This document shows, one piece after another, positions 63,041 to 64,000 of a stretch of 64,000 nt of DNA. The stretch comes from a virus, in IMG/VR virus record IMGVR_UViG_2731639221_000003, positions 3,072-67,071 of that record; one strand, given 5' to 3'. Position numbers and translations under genes: made by a program. Within the stretch, counting starts at the first letter, position 1. Every line of letters starts with the position of its first letter. A model generated the notes under the pieces. The model was not told the origin of the DNA. It saw nothing but the letters and a program-made list of their open reading frames with translations, and made no database searches.

Positions 63041-63466
63041 TTAGGAGTATATAAATACATCCATTATTTGCGTTTCTTCGATTTTGGGAAGTTCCCAATC
63101 TGCGAGTGTTCCTTTCATCCCTTCGGTGAGCCTGTCTTTGGCTACTTGGAGATCAGATGCTTTAATCAGCATCAAAGCCTTAGTCTTTTTTTCGCTGCCT
63201 GCTTGTTCGTCCAGACCGATGTAGGCTACGGTTGCTTTGAAATAGCGGTCGCCGGAGCCGTCGAAGAATGTTTCGGCTAGGGGATAGCGGCTTATATCGG
63301 CAATTGTGAACTCGCCGGATATAAAGGGCTTCATTTCTTCGATGATACGGGCTTCTGCTTCGGTGAAGGACAGGGCATCGACTAGGTAGGGTTCTGTTAC
63401 TTTTCTTACCTTACTGCTTTCGAGTGTCTTTTCGTAAGACACTTTACAAATAAACCAATTGTGCAT
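63041..63466 (-). CDS. DUF4494-family protein
   Basis: WFICKVSYEK...YLVDALSFTEAEARIIEEM. Confidence 0.85.
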   Translation of the reverse strand: MHNWFICKVSYEKTLESSKVRKVTEPYLVDALSFTEAEARIIEEMKPFISGEFTIADISRYPLAETFFDGSGDRYFKATVAYIGLDEQAGSEKKTKALMLIKASDLQVAKDRLTEGMKGTLADWELPKIEETQIMDVFIYS

Positions 63467-63478
63467 AGTTATAAGTGT

Positions 63479-63766
63479 TTAGAATGGTAAATCATCATCC
63501 TGACTGGATGAATTGTTTGAATTGTTTTGTGTTTTATTGCTCCCCTCCCAAGTTTTGAGGCTGCCGATGAAAATTGTTTTATCGTCGGGCTTGCGTTGGT
63601 CTTTGGGGACGTTTACGGTAATGGCATGGGTTTCGTTGAATTTGCCTTTGTTTTTTAGTTTGGGAACTGCAATATTGATATATTGCTTGCCGTTTTTTTC
63701 GCTTTTTGTTATCAGTTCTTTGGGAATATCCGACAGGCAGATAGAGCCGTACAATAGATCGTTCAT
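63479..63766 (-). CDS. Single-stranded DNA-binding-like protein
   Basis: OB-like GSICLS...KNGKQYINI; disordered tail ending DDDLPF. Confidence 0.65.
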   Translation of the reverse strand: MNDLLYGSICLSDIPKELITKSEKNGKQYINIAVPKLKNKGKFNETHAITVNVPKDQRKPDDKTIFIGSLKTWEGSNKTQNNSNNSSSQDDDLPF

Positions 63767-63777
63767 GTTTTGATGGG

Positions 63778-63999
63778 TTAAAATTTGGGTAATAAAAAAG
63801 CCACGTCTTTTTCGAGAGTGGCTTCAAGTTGTTTGAGTTTATATTTTGCTTTTTTTACCAGATTTCCGATGGTGTCGGTTTCTTTGGCTGATACCTGTAC
63901 GATAGTGTCACGGGTTACATTGTAGACAAGCAGAGGGGTTGCCCTATTTTCGGGTCGGTAGGATATGAAATGCAGGGTTTTGAGTTTATCGAGTACGGT
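63778..63999 (-). CDS. Partial ORF (C-terminus only), possibly a YqaJ/lambda-type exonuclease
   Basis: Open frame ...LHFISYRPEN...LLPKF-stop running off the window edge; lies beside the SSB-like gene. Confidence 0.35.
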   Translation of the reverse strand, partial: TVLDKLKTLHFISYRPENRATPLLVYNVTRDTIVQVSAKETDTIGNLVKKAKYKLKQLEATLEKDVAFLLPKF

Positions 64000-64000
64000 A

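Noticed and set aside
1051-63827. Many 60-170 aa ORFs in the track that lie antisense to or inside long genes (for example 1739..2065, 14969..15316, 37161..37682, 44010..44447, 49676..50209)
   Set aside because: Shadow frames of well-supported genes with no motifs; only 61210..61728 has independent support
1-64000. tRNA, tmRNA or rRNA genes
   Set aside because: No cloverleaf with T-loop consensus found by eye in intergenic DNA; GTTCGA matches fall in coding regions. A tRNAscan-SE or ARAGORN run would be needed to exclude them fully

Overview
Most of the genome of a temperate Bacteroidales-type siphovirus (prophage or phage contig); it continues past base 64000 inside the replication module. 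The Bacteroidales assignment rests on TAnnTTTG -7 promoter boxes and on recognisable Bacteroidetes protein families. Layout: tyrosine integrase (0.3-1.2 kb); leftward array of about 18 small early/accessory genes (1.2-9.4 kb); TerS-like, RepL-like, RuvC-like, XRE and DUF1064-like genes (10-16 kb); leftward terL-PAPS reductase-portal-minor head operon (15.8-20.6 kb); rightward capsid, neck, tail and tape measure operon (20.8-33.2 kb); a 9.8 kb opposite-strand insert in the tail module (33.2-42.9 kb); distal tail and fibre genes (43-51 kb); XRE, TA pair and lysis cassette (52-55.3 kb); and middle genes including MazG-like, DnaC-like loader, initiator, C5 methyltransferase, DUF4494 and SSB-like (55-64 kb). 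Strongest non-routine signals: (1) a motif ACCTCCGACAA, containing the 16S anti-Shine-Dalgarno core, directly in front of the start codons of the early genes only; (2) five AGAGGCA-led terminator-like hairpins at the head of each predicted late unit, next to a Com-like zinc-ribbon gene; (3) the insert, which carries a repeated-peptide lipoprotein with a TPR-TM-HTH sensor, a TssD/Hcp-metallopeptidase fusion, a signal-peptide mini-Rhs JAB toxin with immunity candidates and two secreted transglutaminase-like paralogues; (4) an about 340 nt structured ncRNA candidate after the tape measure gene; (5) a probably conserved alternate-frame ORF inside the methyltransferase gene. All family calls are by eye from motifs; no database searches were run.
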